A stretch of DNA of 64,000 nt from Veleropilina oligotropha (Eukaryota). A model generated the notes under the pieces. The model searched no databases. It saw only the letters and a list, made by a program, of their open reading frames with translations, and was not told the DNA's origin. A program made the translations under genes and the position numbers. Below, one piece after another: positions 47,472 through 61,260 of this stretch (positions are counted from its first letter, which is position 1; each line of letters begins with the position of its first letter). The DNA is taken from positions 186,001-250,000 of the forward strand of contig JBEUKZ010000008.1 in the NCBI GenBank assembly GCA_048128005.1, written 5' to 3'.

Positions 47472-49576
47472 TAGCAAATATACTTACGTCCTTACTAATG
47501 CCAGGTGGAGCAGGGGACCGCTAGTCCTGTCGAACACTCTCTGCGGCCACGGACTGTACGGGTTCACCGCTATGCCCGAAGACAGGTCGGGTATATACCC
47601 ATAGAACTGTCGATCGAGCGCAACCTGAACGTCCACACCATCGGTTGAGTGGCCATTGCCAGCACGACCGTCGGTGGGTCCTCCGCTACCGACGTGAGCC
47701 ACGGCATTGTCAGACGGCCCCAATGGGACATTACAACATCGCCGGACGTCGGAGCAGGTTTCGGTGAGGGTCATGCGCGGCAGCTCTATCACCTTTCTCT
47801 GCCATCTGCTCGCCGCCTTTCGGCGACGAGTGTTCGACAGTAGGACTAGCAGTCCCCTGCTCCACCGAGACCGGTGGAGAGGGAGGGGACTGCCTACCCT
47901 GTTCAGCTGTTCGCCGCACCGTCCGGTCTGCCTTGCTGGCCGGCAAGGCATGTTGGACTATGGCTACTTGGCCCAGAAAAGGAGGATGGGACTGCGCTCG
48001 GGCTCCTGTTACCCGAGTCTCGGGCACCGGGTTCACTGCAACGCCTGCCCCTGGGGTCATGGTGGATCCGGAAAATCTGGTGTCGACCAAGACCCTCGTT
48101 CGGTCGACGTCCAGTGTCCCTGAAGAAGAAGAGGGGGTAAAGTTAGCATACTTACCAGCCCCTTCAGGGGTATACCCGGAAATCTTAGTTGCCATGGCCA
48201 GCTCCAATTCCGGATAGAGGAGCGCCCACTGCCGATCCGTCAATGCTGCACACAGTCCGCATGGTTAGGGTCCCTACTACATGAATGGTGAATCCTACAC
48301 TCAGGATGATTAACTGTGTAATTTTGGGGTGCACTTGTATAGGTAGGGAGGAATGATGCTTAATGTCCTGTATATTTACAACATCGAGGTTCAAGGCAGG
48401 ACATGTCCGTGTTATCGCAGGAGGAAACCCCGGTCGCCCGGGTAAACCCACCCTCTTCGGCCAGTCGCGGACAACTGTGATTCATAACTTGAACAAATGT
48501 CAATGCCTCAGCCAGGCATTGAACCCACCACTGTTCGCATTAGCGGAATCAAGCCAGTGAATTTAGAGTGGACACTCTTACCCACTGCGCTGCCGAAGCG
48601 GCCTCACTTGTATAGGTACACCTGCCCATAGCTAATTACACGGAAGACTGAAAGTGGGTAAGGAACGGGAAAAGAAATATATCAGGGTAGTTTGCAAAGC
48701 GTGAATTGACTACTACACGGGTGTGCACCTAACTCGGAAACTAGAGTAAGACTAGATATAGATACTTCCGATCCGACTGAGAAACGCGCGACACCAACTT
48801 GATCTAAACGGCTATTAATAGCAACATTTAGGTAAGGTCGGAAAATTGAAAACAAAGGGGATATTGATAGGTCTATCAAAACACGACCCGACACTGATTA
48901 AGGTGAATATTCAATAAAGGAGGGGAACGCGTATCCCAGGATTGGCAGATTAACCCAAAATATATAAATAATTGACCCAAAGTCTGCCTACTAGAGACTG
49001 TTAAATTTGGAACCAAACTTAAGCAAGATAACGTCTCTAGGGAGTTATCCCATAGTATACAATTAAATGAACAATTAATGTAATCACAGTATACAAAGAA
49101 CAAATTTAGATATTAAGCTTAGCTGAATTTCTGATTCCCTCTAGGCAGCCTTTGTTGATATTGTTGACAATATCCAAGATGGCGGCAAAAATGGAGGCAA
49201 AGTCTTCAGCAAGAATGATATCCTTTCTTTCGCAAATCACTCTTGTCCGTAAATCGGGAAGACGATTGCTTCTAGTAATATCCACACTAGCACTAGTACA
49301 ATCCTAGATCGATCCTTGTAGGGTAAATCCAATAGTTTTGATAACAAGAATCACTTGAATGATCTTGGGTTCGCATTCTATTGGAGTATTCTCTGGGAGA
49401 TCTGCTCTCCTGTTGGGAACTGCTGGAGAGGGGTTAGGAAAGGGAGGTAATTTTATTCATAAAGTGCAAAATTTGACATTTTCCACAGTTTCCGGTTTAG
49501 CGATAATAGGCATATTATGGCATTAGTAAGGACGTAAGTATATTTTTATTAATACTAGGTTTAATTAAAAACCTCT
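47472..49576. mobile_element. Internally deleted element with 28-bp inverted repeats, possibly DIRS-like, inserted in a Helentron-type repeat
   Basis: AAATATACTTACGTCCTTACTAATGCCA (47476-47503) has its exact reverse complement at 49518-49545. GC-rich interior at 47500-48260. The host repeat resumes after TATTAA. Confidence 0.5.
48346..48604 (-). mobile_element. SINE family A, full length, with 14-bp TSD CACTTGTATAGGTA
   Basis: TSD at 48332-48345 and 48605-48618. Confidence 0.92.
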
Positions 49577-50096
49577 TATTAAGTGGTCGGTGAACTGGTA
49601 CCTTTTGCCAGTTTCGACGTTGGGCAGCTATTAGTAACAGAGTTACTGCCCTTGTTTCAAATTCGTAAATGTTTTCTCTTCTGGAGCATATCTCTTACAC
49701 CGCTCGACATAACTTTACGCAACTTGCTGGGTTTATTAAGTACTCAGTGAACTGGTGCCTTTTGCCAGTTTCGACGTTGGGCGGCAATTATTAACAGAGT
49801 TATTGCCCTTGTTGTAAATCCGTTGTTTTATCTTCCGGAGCATATCTCTTACACCACTTGACATAAGTTTACAAAACTTGCTGGGTGTATTAAGTAGTCG
49901 GTGAACTGGTGCCGGTACCGGTATCAACATTTCTCAGACCATTTGTGCAATTAGTACAGTGGACTCAGCAATTACTTCATATTGATTGAACTCCATATCC
50001 GGTCGTCAAAGGATTGGGGGTTTCCAATATGTATGTAAGCTTGGCCAATTTTGTGTTTCAGTTAACATGTACGCACTTGAACAGTGACAGTCATTT

Positions 50097-52767
50097 TATT
50101 GGCTCGCATGCAACGCAAATGCGAGTCTGTAATGAGCATGTCGTCTGGCTGTTTGTCCGGCCGTCCGACCGGTGTCAACAATTGGTTCTGTTAAAGTTTT
50201 TGGTTAGCGTCTCGATCACAATATGCATGTTTTAACATTTCTATGGCTAGATATCACTATTTCATTGTTACCTGACCCTAAATAAACAAGTGATTGCCAC
50301 TAAGTGGCGATTGTCCCCCGCCTGTATTATTGACCGCATATATATTTTTGCACGCTGTGTGTGTATCAGTAACTCAATGAGAATTAAGACAGATTTCCTG
50401 CCATCAGAGGCTTAGTGTAAATATACTTCAAGTACATAAATTAAATAATTTTCATTATTTGAACTTTATCCATCCCATTATGTGGTTAGTTGATCTGTGA
50501 AGTTTCAGAAAGCTAACATTTCTCTAAATGGAAAATTTAGTTGAGAGGAAATTGATAAATTTCATACATCCAAAGACTATGTTTTAAATCAGCAAACGTT
50601 AGCAATAAATCAAGGTTTCATAAAATCCCCAATATTTGAACCCGACCTACCCCTTGATGGGGTTAATTGATCTGTAAAGTTTCAGAAAGCTAGCATCCCT
50701 GAAAATGAAATAAGTGTATGTGACAAAATTGACCACATCCATGCTTGCAAAGACTTGTAATGTACAAAATCTCTAAAAAATCCATAAATTTAAAAAAAAC
50801 ATTCCCATATTCGAAAAGGAAAAAGGAAAGGATCAATGCTTATTGTCCTGTATATTTCCGACATAATTAGGTTCAAACCAGGACATGTCCGTATTATTGC
50901 ATGAGGAACGCCCGGTGAAACCCGCCCTCTTGGGCCAGTTACGGACAACTGTGATTCATAACTTTGATGTGATTAATTGATCGGTAATGTTTGAGAAAGC
51001 GAGAAATTCTCGATATGAAAAAAATTGTGACATCACATAGATCTATGCTTCCAGAGACTATGTTCAGAAGTGCTGAAAAGTCACCAAAAAAATGAATTCC
51101 ACGAATTTATATGTCTCACCCATCCCCGTTTACTTTGAAAAGGGCCACATTTTCACTTTGTCAAGTAAGAATTCAGAAGTACTACCTATGGAGTGCTGAA
51201 CCTAATATAGTTATAGTAACACTTAAAGTTTCAGAGAAACAGAAATAAAGACAAAATCTTATTATTATATGCTCGAGATTAAATATATTTAGCAGCCAAT
51301 CCATGACAAAATAGTATACCGATAATGTGCGACAAATCGGAAGGACATGTATGTGCCTCCCTCAGCTCAGTTTCAGAAAGCTACCATTTCTCTAAATGAA
51401 AAAAATGATGTGAGAAATAGATCACAGCCATGCTTTCAGAGAATATATGTTCAAAATTGCCGAAAATCACCAAAAAACAATAAATTTTAAAAATAAGTTC
51501 ACAATATTCGAACTTGATATACCCAATGATGTGGTTAGTAAATCTGTAATGTTTCATAAAGCTAGTATTTCTCTAAATGGAAAAAAACAATGTGAGAAAA
51601 TGACCAATTCCATGCTTCCAGAGGCTATGTTCTAATTCGCAGTAAAGTCGCCAAAAAACCCAAAGTTTTCAAATTAAATTTCCAATATTCGAACTTGATC
51701 TACCCAATGATGTGGTTAGTTGATCTGTAAGTTTCGAAAAGCTCGCATTTATCTAAATGGCAAAAAAGATGTGAGAAAATCCGGGACGGATGCACGCACA
51801 CAGATTGTATGTCCCCCGCCCACCCGATAGGCGGCGGGGGACAATAATATTGAAGGTAATTTAATTTAAATTTCACTATAAAATGTCAATGTTGAACTTA
51901 GAAATTTTCGTTAAAGTTTTTAGTTAAAGTTTCTCAAACATGCTATATGTGCAACAATAGGCATAATTTTGCATGTTCTTTGTCAGATATCACTATTTCA
52001 TTGTCATTATGCCACCACAAAAGAAGTTTAGGGGGGCCATATAGGAGTTAAAAAATTCCCTTCTGCTCCATATCTTCGATACTATTTCGCCTAGGGACAA
52101 GAAACTTGATGTGTGCTAGCATCATAATGCAAAGGTGTGTCTCATACCGAAAGTAGGTCACCGCGACCTACTTTTCACACTTGACTGCACTTGGTCCAAA
52201 ATTCCCTTCCACTCAATATCTCTCATACTATTTGACCGAGGGACACGAAACTTGAAGTGTCTATGCATCATAACCCAAAGGTGTCGCATTCTGAAAATAG
52301 GTCACTGTGACCTACTTGTCACGTATATGATCACTCCTGTGATAACTCGAGTTTAATTTCATTTAATTGAAATTTACCTATAAATTACCACTTTTGGACT
52401 TGCAATTAGAATATTTTGCTCTTAATACTGGCCGCTTCGGCAGCGCAGTGGGTAAGAGTGTCCACTCTAAATTCACTGGCTTGATTCCGCTAATGCGAAC
52501 AGTAGTGGGTTCAGTACCTGGCTGAGGCATTGAAATTTGTTCAAGTTATGAATCACAGTTGTCCGTGACTGGCCGAAGAGGGCGGGTTTACCTGGGCGAC
52601 CGGGGTTTCCTCCCGCGATAACACGGACATGTCGTGCCTTGAACCTCGATGTTGTAAATATACAGGACATTAAGCATCATTCCTCCTCTTAATATACTTA
52701 TGAAATATAAGTGATTGATGCGCATTTTCGCGCATGCAGGCCATTGCGAGCTTTAGCTCTTGTTTTA
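50097..52767. mobile_element. Nested cluster of Helentron-type non-autonomous elements and SINEs
   Basis: The outer element is homologous to 42845-43540. An inner element at ~50284-51846 (TTGTCCCCCGCC subterminal IR, degenerate internal repeats with AAGTTTCAGAAAGCTA), a further repeat at ~52005-52325 related to 56440-57035, and SINE A lie within it. Confidence 0.6.
52428..52685 (+). mobile_element. SINE family A, full length, with TSD CTCTTAATA
   Basis: TSD at 52419-52427 and 52686-52694. Confidence 0.9.
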
Positions 52768-53249
52768 TGACTGGCTGGTAAGGGTGGATGTCCCTAGGCG
52801 ACCGGGCTTTCCTCCTCCGGTACTGTGGTATGAACATATCCTGGTATGAACTGATAGATTGTTAAAATGGGATATTAGCATCTATCCAAATCTAAAGCAA
52901 ATGGAACCAGAATTTTGGCTGTGGTATGTTAAGGTACCTGTTAGTATCAAATTCAATTGAGCTTGAAAACATTGAGCAGGAGTCCACGCTTAGATGGGAG
53001 ACCATGTTAAAACGGATGGATTCGTTAATACTACTATCTGGGTGCTGTATATTAAACTGTCTGTAGACGAAACTGCGGGCTTGACTGCAATACATTTAAC
53101 AGAAGATAATGCTAAGAGGTGTCGCAGTAAGTGGAAATCAGTGATACATTGTGCTGAAAAGGCATTGAAAGAACTGGATTTTGTAGTACTTTACTTGGTC
53201 ATCATACACCAGTTTAGTAGTTTACACATGTAATGCCCCTGTTGTCTTT

Positions 53250-53505
53250 ACAGGTTGCTCTGACAGTCATGTGGTTTCGGTTGCAGACTCCAAAAACACT
53301 GGCTTGATTCTGCTGACACGAACAGTGGTGGGTTCGAACCTTGGTTGAGACATGACATTATTTGCTCAGTTATCACAGTTGTCCGTAACTGGTCGAAGCG
53401 GGCGGGTTTCTCTGGATGACTACTTTCTTCCCGCGATAATATGGACATGTCCTGCTTTGAACCTGATGGTTGTAAATACACCGAACATTGAGCATTGATC
53501 CTTTC
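53250..53505 (+). mobile_element. Diverged SINE family A copy
   Basis: GGTTCGAACC B box and shared body. Confidence 0.75.
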
Positions 53506-54065
53506 CTGTTGTCCTCGGTACAAATATATGCTCCAGCAGCCAGTTATCAGAAGTCGATTCTGCCACCATGACCTTGCCGGATTCTAGCAGTCCTTGTCTA
53601 TGAGTGAGCTTCCTGCTTAGATAACTGCTGACAAGATTAGACTGGAGTACATCAAGTGTTCACCTCTTCAGCAGTGGCAAACATAAGCATGGAGAGGGCA
53701 AGGCAGAGATGTGTCTGAGAAACAAGACATGATGCCTGCTATGTAAATACAGGTTATAGCATGTCAAGTAATCACGGAAATAGATGGTCCCTAATTGGCC
53801 CCAGTCGTAAAACATCATAAAGCTGTTCTGTCTGTCAACATATACTTCATATCATGCTCATGTTTATGAATAATGGTGGTACAAAAGTGATTTCAGGTTG
53901 AAGAATTACTGAATGTGTGATGTAAATAATATATTTGTGGATCATAACAGATTATACATTGCGATGCCATCAAGTACGTAAAGTTATAATCTGGGCATGT
54001 TTTATATAAGAGAATTAAAGTAAAATGCTCCTGTACATATTTTGATATCCGGTTAGCTAGGCAGC

Positions 54066-54499
54066 GGCACGTCGATTTACCCCAATCGACCACAATCGAA
54101 CCCCAATCGAACCCCAATCGACCCCCTGTCAACTATAATAATATACATCCATAATGTGCACATTATGATTTATTTAATTATATTAGGCCCAATTGCAATT
54201 GCGTACATCGTTTTTTAGTTCGCTCCGAAAGCGTTTCACGGCGCCGTTCAACAATACGGCACATTTTATATCTCACATTGAATGCCCGATCAGGGCTTGA
54301 AGCCGCGTCATGGGCAAATATATAAGACATGGAGGTTTTAGTAGTTTTCTACACAACAGTGACAATGCTTATTCACTATCGCGTATCTAATTAAAATAAA
54401 ATATCTTTGCATACTTGAGGTCGATTGAGGTTCGATTGGGGTCGATTGGGGTTCGATTGGGGTCGATTGGGGTTCGATTGGGGTAAATCGACGCACCCC
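54066..54499. mobile_element. MITE with CGTCGATTTACCCCAATCGA inverted ends, flanked by a 138-bp direct repeat
   Basis: Subterminal CCCCAATCGA repeats at left and TCGATTGGGG repeats at right; 53928-54065 equals 54504-54641. Confidence 0.85.
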
Positions 54500-55284
54500 A
54501 ACAAATATATTTGTGGATCATAACAGATTATACATTGCGATGCCATCAAGTACGTAAAGTTATAATCTGGGCATGTTTTATATAAGAGAATTAAAGTAAA
54601 ATGCTCCTGTACATATTTTGATATCCGGTTAGCTAGGCAGCATTATAGTTATATGGACTTGTGTCTTCGTCCACACATGCTTCTGTCATAGGAGGAAAAC
54701 CGCTGGACCTACACTGTTCTTATTTGGCGTACATCTTGCCTTTCCTTAGCCGACGGTGGCATCACTATGCCAAAACTCAACATCATTTATTATGTATTTA
54801 CATTCTGTCTCTGGGGTGATTAATTTCTGTCATATAACCTCAAACTTGCGATCCACCTTACCATGACAGTGGAATTCCAGACCCATAATAGCTATACTCT
54901 TATCATGATGCCTCTTAACTCGAACACAAAATTAGAATTATTACCATATAGTCAAGATAAACCTTGTTAATTATAATCATGGTAGCAGCAATGAGTGATG
55001 CACATTTAACTGTTTGATTGACCTATGTGTTCTCATCTGCTGCCAGTCATTGACCTTTCCATCTGTTTCTGGTCATATCACTATAAGGTCACCTCATTGG
55101 ATGCAGTGGTTAATTTGCTAATTTGACCCATCATGACCTGCAGACTGCATCCTGTCGACTGGTCCATATTCATGAGCACATGGCATAATCAGTGTGAATA
55201 TTCTTTGTACGTTAACAAAGATTTTCTCAATATGTGTAATGAAAAACTTGATGAGAAAATCTACTATCATCAGTCTACTATACG

Positions 55285-55694
55285 TAGCCCCGTTAACACT
55301 ACCAAATATAAGCTGGTTTGAAACCGGTTTATTTTAATGCACATGTATAACGCAAATAAGTCGACTTGAACCGGCTTAAAACAATCCACCTCCTTGTGTG
55401 GTTTGAAACCGGCTTAAATATTTTAATTCGACTTATCTTCTAGTGTGAATGCTCAAGTGACTGAACCGGTTTGCCTCGCTTTGAGTCGTATGTATGCACA
55501 TGCTTCTATCATTGCGCGATGCACGCACGTGACTTGGAGATGGGCCTATTGAGCGTGACGATTACAAGGTGATAACACCCACAGAATTAATTTGTAATTG
55601 GGGGTAAACGCAAATTAAGTCTGATTATTTTCAACCGGTTCGAAACTGGTTTATTTTAATTCGGCTTATATTTGGTAGTGACTAAATGGGGCTA
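55285..55694. mobile_element. MITE (PIF/Harbinger-like ends)
   Basis: TAGCCCC...CACTACCAAATATAAGC / GCTTATATTTGGTAGTG...GGGGCTA inverted ends, with internal AACCGGTT motifs. Confidence 0.7.
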
Positions 55695-56434
55695 AACTCA
55701 AAAAAAAATGCACATCCGAATCAGAATAACATATGAAAAATATATTTTCCGTCACCAAGACATCACACAATATTAGTATCGAATGAAATATAATTCAGTT
55801 ACGAAGAAAAGAAAGTTAATTAATATCTAAGAAATGTTTCTTGCATTAATTTCCACAAATTGTTAACCCAGTATTGAAATTATATAAAACTGTGGTGTGC
55901 GGTTCATTTTTGGTTGAGCATAATAAACAATGTCGAAACATTTAAGGCAATAATATGGACAGTTTTAGTTTGACTTATTGTGCATCGTCGTAAAAACAGG
56001 AAGAAATTGTATGAAATTTAGTCTGAATTACATCACTGATTCCAAGTAAGGAAGAACAACTCATTAATCTGCAAAATTGCAAGGAATTGGGAGATTGACC
56101 ATATCTTAGTTCAGATTAGGCAAACTTTTGTTCAAAGATCTTTGTAAAATAATTGTGCTTAACGCTGTAGTTGTATTGCTTTTCCCACACTGATATTCAC
56201 ACATCCCTGGTTTCCTCATACTTTTTTGCTCTTAGATGTGGCTGATCAAAGCCATTCTCTGCAACCATATGTTTTGTCAATTCTGCGAGTGGAGAGATTT
56301 ATTGTTTGGACCACTGCCAGGTATAGCACCTAGGTCAGCATGGTTGCTGCAGTATAATTGTGGTTATCTAAACTTTTTGTAGCCATTAACTGTACATGTG
56401 TATCTTTCATAAAATATACTAAATATAATTATGG

Positions 56435-57037
56435 TTTATGCACACACAAAGGGAGTTGAGGGGGGGGGGGGCATATAGAAGTCGGCTTGTCTTTAAGTTA
56501 CGGTTGGTTGGCCGGTCTGTTGCAAATTCCCTTCCGCTCCATATCTCTGATACTGTTTTGCCTAGGAACACGGAACACAAAACTTGATGTGTGCATGCAT
56601 GACAACCCAAAGGTGTATCGCATACTGAAAGTAGGTCACTGCAATCTGGTGGCATACTGAAAGTAGGTCACCGCAATCTACTTTCAACGCAACCTACTTT
56701 TTATGCTTGACCGCACTTGGTCTAAAATTTCCTTCTGGTCCATATCTCCCATACTAGCGGTATTTGACCGAGGGACATGAAACTTGATGTGTAGATGCGT
56801 CATAGTCCAAAGGTGTGTCGCGTACTGTAAGTAGGTCACCACGACTTGCTTTTCACGCTTGACCGCATTCAGTCCAAAATTACCTTCTGCTCCAAAATCT
56901 CCATACTATTTGACTGAGTGACACAAAACTTGATGTGTGTTTGCATCCTAATCCAACTTTAGGTGTGTCGGGTACCAAAAGTAGATCACTGTGACAACCT
57001 GTTCCTAGGTCAAGCGCTTTTGTGTGAGCATATAAGT
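56435..57037 (+). mobile_element. Helentron-type non-autonomous element with degenerate internal repeats
   Basis: TTATGCACACACAAA start with an inverted TTTGTGTGAGCATA end; repeated AAACTTGATGTGT...AAAGTAGGTCAC units. Confidence 0.55.
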
Positions 57038-57155
57038 AACTGTAATTATATTGTCATTTTTGACTGTGCGAGTTTGCATTGTAATTCTCCAATATTTGAT
57101 TTTAAAAGTAAGTGTATTGGAGATGACACATTTAGTGGCATGAAAAAGGGGCCCT

Positions 57156-57849
57156 GGGCCTGTAACTCAAGCAGTTGTTAAGCTCACGTTAATAATTATT
57201 AGCGATTGTCGTTAAGCAGAAATAGCATTTAAGTGGTGTAACTCAATTCAATTCAAGTTAATACTATTGCTGTAAACATATACATGTTTTAGCTATAAAC
57301 AATAAACAATATTATTATGATGTCAGGTGGTAAAGTAATTTAAGTAGCGTAACTCGAAACGCTCTTTAGTTAAGGACGTGTGTTATATGCACACCTTAAA
57401 ACTGGAGTTAACAACAATTTCTAGTTGTGGTTGGGACCATTGTTCCTTTAACTCGGTCATTAAATTATTCTAGCAATGATTAGAGTACGTCGTTTCTCGA
57501 CCAATTAGAAAATGCAGCATTTTGTCATTTATTGTCGTAGATGACGCTCTCTTCGGACACACGGTTCAAATTCTTTATATTATATTATAATGTGGTTATA
57601 ATAATCCAGTTTTTAGGTGTGCATAACGAACGTCCTTAATTAAAGAGTGATTCGAGTTATGCTACTTAAATTACTTTACCACCTGACAGCATAATAATAT
57701 TGTTGATTGTTAGCTAAAACATGTATATGGTTACAGCGATAATAATAATAAATTGAATTGAATTGAGTTACGCTACTTAAATGTTGTGTCTGCATAACGA
57801 CAATCCCTAATTAACGTGTGCTTAACGACTGCTTCGAGTTACAGGGCCC
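57156..57849. mobile_element. Foldback MITE with long inverted arms
   Basis: GGGCCTGTAACTC...TTAAGC.CACGTTAAT at left, mirrored at right over more than 200 bp. Confidence 0.8.
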
Positions 57850-58479
57850 TACTTCACAAAACAGCGTACAGCCAAAATGCAAAAAATTTGTAAAAACGTG
57901 CATTGTTATAAACATATTTGTTGAATGGGGACAATCAGGTACCATTGCATGATCTCAATCGCCGATGCATAGTGCAGTTGAAAGTTATTTGTTATTTTGC
58001 CGCCTCTATGACGCAGTTGTATAACTGACACTTTATTCCCTTGCTTCATTGTTGCTTTAGCCTTGAGGATTCGACTCAGGGCGAAAGACATTTATTCATA
58101 AATCAGTGGTCCATACATGCCATGATGGTCGAGGTGGTGGGTCAATAATGATATGCAGTAGAGGCATGTCAGCTTCACCAGAGCTTCCTGACTATTCTCC
58201 CACGATAATATAAACATGACCCAATATGATCATAGATGTTGGAAGATGTAAATTCAAATCAAATTTATATAACCACTGATGCAGAATGAATACATCTTAA
58301 AAGATGATGATAGAGTTATTGATAAAAGACACGTAACATTATTGTCAAGATTCTGGTATGTACAGTGTGAAGGCTGTGCATTTCTTTTATCAATTGGAGA
58401 ACCAAAAGCTTACCAATATCAATTGATAATCAGGATTTTACATAAATGTTAATTCCGTGAATATTTTTTTATATTTCAG

Positions 58480-58663
58480 GAGAAGGATTTTGATTTTGGA
58501 AATGAGGATATCATGCCATTAAAAAAACCATTATTGGACTCGCTTCAAAATGATGAAGCAATAAGTACATTACGAGACGATGAGGATATATACTTAGATA
58601 CCGAGCCCGGTTCAGGAAGTACCTCAGAGCCTGGAAGCGGGACAGGTGTCACTGATTATCCAG
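58480..58663 (+). CDS. Probable internal exon with glycosaminoglycan-attachment motifs (syndecan/perlecan-like proteoglycan)
   Basis: T-rich tract and TTTCAG acceptor; phase-0 frame EKDFDFGNEDIMP...RDDEDIYLDTEPGSGSTSEPGSGTGVTDYP; CAG/GTAAAT donor, phase 1. Confidence 0.65.
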
Positions 58664-58836
58664 GTAAATTGCCAGGAGGGAGGATGCTCAACCACTGGGA
58701 AATGTGTGCTTTGAATATGATCAATTCATCTAGTTAGGGTCGATTTGTCCAGTGTATCATTATGTATGAGAAATTTTGTTGTTATGTAGTAAACAATCTA
58801 TCCAAGTGAAGCCATCCATCCTACTGCGAGAGGGCA

Positions 58837-59980
58837 GCGCGGTGTACCCAAATCCATCCAAATCTACCCAAATCCACCCAAATCTGCCCAAATCTACCTA
58901 AATCCAGATTTGAATTGGTGAGATATATTTAATGTGGCGTAATATGTGTTTATTTAAGTGTAATTGGGTATATTTAATGTTGGGTTGCCTTGGCCATGTT
59001 TAGTAGTGATTTTCGGGTAAATGCGCAATTTGGCGCGACTTTTCGGAAATATGCTGTCAGTCTCGTATGATTGGAATTTTTTATATACGGGTAACTTCTA
59101 CATGAAAACGGTTGTCCTGCATTTATAAATAATGATTTTATGTCTATTGATATAACGAGAAATTAAATTTAAAAACAGACTTCTATTGTGTCAAGTGTAC
59201 CTTATACGGAGTCCGTAATTTTAGCAGCAAGCTTAATGTATAAAGCTGCTGCGACTATTTAACTAGTAATATTATAGCTTCACTCTTACTAGATTTTCGT
59301 TTTTTCAGACTTTTTAAAGAAACTATTAAAACTAACATGATTTAGAACTTTAAATTTATTATGAATCGTTTGCCTACACAGCGAAGCGAAAGCATGCGTG
59401 GCTTATCGAAATTTCCGATTTCCGGATACGAACATAATAATATGTTTACTTGAAAAGATCTTTCAAAACCTAGTTCAACAGTTTCCAACAAGTCGAATGT
59501 AATGACATACTAGTCTCGTTTTCACACAAGTTTAGTAAAAAAAAAGTAATTAAAACGGATATGATTTTTTAAGTCACATTTTATCAACAACGATTGGGTT
59601 TAAAACTTAGCAACACGAAAAGGTAGGTAGCTAGGCCTACTTATAAAATGAATTACTCGCTTTGTCAGCAAACATAAATGCTTTGTTTTATAATTCTTAC
59701 ATAAAATACCCAGAATAAATAAATGCGTGGTATCCATTATCATGTAATAATAACCTCGTGGAGAAGAATCCTACCATTCACGATTGACAGCTGAATTTGT
59801 AAACTTGCGTATTGAATTTATTTAGCACATTTCCCGTAAAATCACTACTAAACACGATGAACGTGACGATAATACATTACATACTCCTACATATGCACGA
59901 ATAAATACTTATTCCGCATAATAAATATATATATTTAGCCATTTCAAACATGGATTTGGGTGGATTTGGGTAAATCGTGC
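58837..59980. mobile_element. Non-autonomous TIR element
   Basis: TACCCAAATCCA repeats at left and TGGATTTGGG repeats at right; TTTAGTAGTGATTTT / AAAATCACTACTAAA internal mirror. Confidence 0.7.
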
Positions 59981-60136
59981 GGGCCACTGTGAGAGTACAA
60001 AGGTCAGATGGATTACGTGATGTTCAATGAATTCATTGATGTTGCGTGCGGTGGAGTTGACGCCGTTAACAAAATGACAACATTTAATCGTGGATTTGTA
60101 ACCAAGCAGATATATGTACATGTACTACAGGTATCA

Positions 60137-60367
60137 GTTGAGTTGAAAACTTTGTTTTACGACCCCTTTGGCAATTTTTCAGCCTTAACGTGGTCGGAAC
60201 ACCCGGTTTAAGGTCTCCCTCCGATCTGACCGACATATACATTAGGAATATGCCATCTATTAGTTTTAAGCCTTAGAATAAGCCAGGCCGGAGCGGGTTT
60301 GAACCCACATCCTACCATCCCACATAATGTTTTTCCGATGCTCAAACCAGTTGAGCTATCGAGGATG
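60137..60367 (-). mobile_element. SINE family B with 15-bp TSD GTACTACAGGTATCA
   Basis: TSD at 60122-60136 and 60368-60382. Confidence 0.9.
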
Positions 60368-61019
60368 GTACTACAGGTATCATATATTGATTTGTACAAT
60401 CATCTCGTATAAGCGGCGGCTATTTAATTCAATTAAGAAAGAAAAGTTAAATCATCATTTTGTCAATGCAATCACGATGTATATTCTGAATGGGCAGTAA
60501 TTGAATTGCATCATCCCTTAACAAATGTAATCTTGAAATGTTTGAGCTGGGTAATGAATGCGGTCTTCTACACAAAATATGATCAAAATTATTCAGGTTA
60601 AACTGAGCATGGTCAAGGCTATCAAAAGGAAATCTGGTTCTCATTTGTTTTATGGTCCTGATTGTTTCTTCCCTTCTATGATTATGATTGAAGGTACTAG
60701 TATAGTGTGTTAAATCATTCTACCACTCATGCAACCTATATTGGGCTTATGCCAGTTATGGAATAATTTGTTCATGGTATCAAGATTCACATGGATAATA
60801 AATAGTAAATATAGATTTACTTACATATTGTGTTACTTTCAAAATTTTGTTTCATAGTAAGTAAATCTATAGTTACTATTTATTATCCATTTAATGGGCT
60901 TGTCCTTCAATGTGACAGAACAACAACATGATCTATATCTTGTTTCAAAATTACGTGTGTGGCATGCCAAATTAATACTGTAGGCCTACTGTTAGTTTCA
61001 TTAATTGACTGAGTGAGTA

Positions 61020-61260
61020 CCTGCTTTTCAAGATCACAAGAAATATGATACAAGAAATATTACATGTACCTTTGTTACTCTTTGCCTGATTTTCAAGATC
61101 ACAAGAAATATTATATATATCTTTGTTTATCTTTGCATGCTTTTCAAGATCACAAGAAATAGTACATGTATCTTTGTTACTCTTTGCCTTATTTTCAAGA
61201 TCACAAGAAATATTATATTATATATATCTTTGTTTATCTGTGCATGCTTTTCAAGATCAC
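61020..61260. repeat. Degenerate minisatellite (TTTTCAAGATCACAAGAAAT core)
   Basis: Five occurrences of the core at roughly 50-60 bp spacing. Confidence 0.8.

Noticed and set aside
47484..48243. Host protein-coding exons in the GC-rich patch
   Set aside because: Overlapping ORFs on both strands with no recognisable motif, bounded by an inverted-repeat element.
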